Below are positions 62,461 through 64,000 of a stretch of 64,000 bases of DNA, piece by piece (within the stretch, counting starts at the first letter, position 1; each line of letters starts with the position of its first letter). Below the pieces are notes generated by a model. That model searched no databases. It had not been told where the DNA came from and worked only from the letters and a program-made list of their open reading frames with translations. This DNA comes from Octopus sinensis. Its lineage: Eukaryota. Location: positions 53,382,001 through 53,446,000 of the forward strand of contig NC_043003.1 of the NCBI RefSeq assembly GCF_006345805.1, given 5' to 3'. A program made the position numbers and the translations under genes.

Positions 62461-63599
62461 AATCGCGAATGGTGGGTTTTGTGCATGTGTGAGGAACGTT
62501 TGTATCAAATAAAGGTACAACGGTCCAGCAGTGATCTCTTGTATAGCTATTTGTATAATGTTGACATCGAAAACAGGAGATCGTGACGTTTATGGTCAGG
62601 TGACATTGAATCTGCAGAGGTATTATTCTCAATGGGAAATATTTGCTTGTGATTTTATTACTATTGAAAACAGAAAGCGTAAAACTACTGTATACCAGAT
62701 TTTGCGTTCTCAATAAAACACACACATGCATGTAAATATACATACAAACATACATACATACATACATACATACATACATACATACATACATACATACATA
62801 CATACATACATACAAGTGGTGTATAGTGGTTGTTGCATTGGGCGTGCTGCCACACCCAATGCTACCAAATATCAAGCAGGGTTATAACAAAAGTTTTCCA
62901 TTAAGATTTGTTATTAAATTAACGAGCAAGGTTAATTATTCACAATGAATCTATCTTTACGTTCTGAGTTCAAATTCCGCCGAGGAGGACTTTGCCTTTC
63001 ATCCTCTCGAGGCCGATAAATTGAGTACCAGTTGCGTACTGGGGTCGATCTAATCGATTGGCTCCCTCCCCAAAAATTTCGGGCCTTATGCCCAGAGGCG
63101 AAAAGAATATTTACAATGAATTTGCCAATTTTGGTGGTGTGCGCTGCACACCCAGCACACCGGAGTATATGCTCCTGATACATACATACATACATACATA
63201 CATGCATTATATAATACGTAGTCAGAGATACCCTCTAGGATGCTCGGCTTGCTAGAAGAAATAGTGAAATCTACTTTAAATCATAGCTTACTAATTTTAA
63301 AAGAACATATTAGCTAATGTCGCCCAGGATATACAATGCATGGAAAAAGATGAGGTGGTCACAACAGGATTGCTTTTGACCATAGGTCTGTTCAGTCGGG
63401 GTACCTGGTCTAAACAGCAACACATATATTTTATAATTTTCAGTATCTGTTTAAGCCCTTATATACTCATTTGTGTATAACACACATAGCACTGAACGTT
63501 TACATGCATATGTATATACCACACAAACACATAACATACATAGACACACACACACACATACATTCAATGAATGAATGCATGGATAAATAAATGAATGAA

Positions 63600-63668
63600 T
63601 GAATGCATATATAAAAAAAAATACAGACAGACAGACGGACGGACGGACGAACAAACAGACAGACAGGC

Positions 63669-63738
<70 letters not shown>

Positions 63739-63783
63739 GCAGGCAGGCAGGCAAGCAGGCAGGCAGGCAGGCAGGCAGGCAGC

Positions 63784-63826
<43 letters not shown>

Positions 63827-63902
63827 TAGATAGATAGATAGATAGAGAGATAGATAGATGATACGATAGATAGACAGACAGGCAGGCAGGCAGGCAGGCA
63901 GC

Positions 63903-63940
<38 letters not shown>

Positions 63941-64000
63941 CTAGATAGATCCAGACAGACAGGAACAGACAGACAGGACAGATAGATAGATAGATAGTAG
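63600..64000. repeat. (GACA)/(GATA)/(GGCA) compound microsatellite
   Basis: Direct inspection. Confidence 0.95.

Overview
AT-rich, repeat-dominated animal genomic DNA. The SINE families and the (TA)n/(CA)n/(GATA)n load look like an octopus (coleoid cephalopod) genome; this is inferred from recognised repeats, not from a search. Almost all ORFs in the supplied track are microsatellite or transposon artefacts. The only host coding sequence I can support is one 198-bp phase-1/1 exon (minus strand, 25772-25969) encoding a complete sushi/CCP domain. The rest is tRNA-derived SINEs, LINE remnants (CR1-type, RTE, R4-type RLE), Penelope-like (PLE) fragments including a GIY-YIG piece, mariner remnants, MITEs, a 54-bp minisatellite and a 100-N gap (31895-31994). 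There is no rRNA, true tRNA or CRISPR array. The main hidden signal is about a dozen minimal type-I hammerhead ribozyme (HHR) motifs from several unrelated sequence families, folded by eye. They include a TSD-flanked retrozyme-like insertion (3419-4326) of 355/361-nt tandem units plus an inverted copy, each carrying an HHR with a non-canonical U3/G8 core, and a second family with a compensated U3-A8 core. Several HHR/PLE-type insertions share one architecture: head-to-head inverted copies between long (13-28 bp) target duplications. No folding or homology software was run. Coordinates of degraded repeats are approximate.
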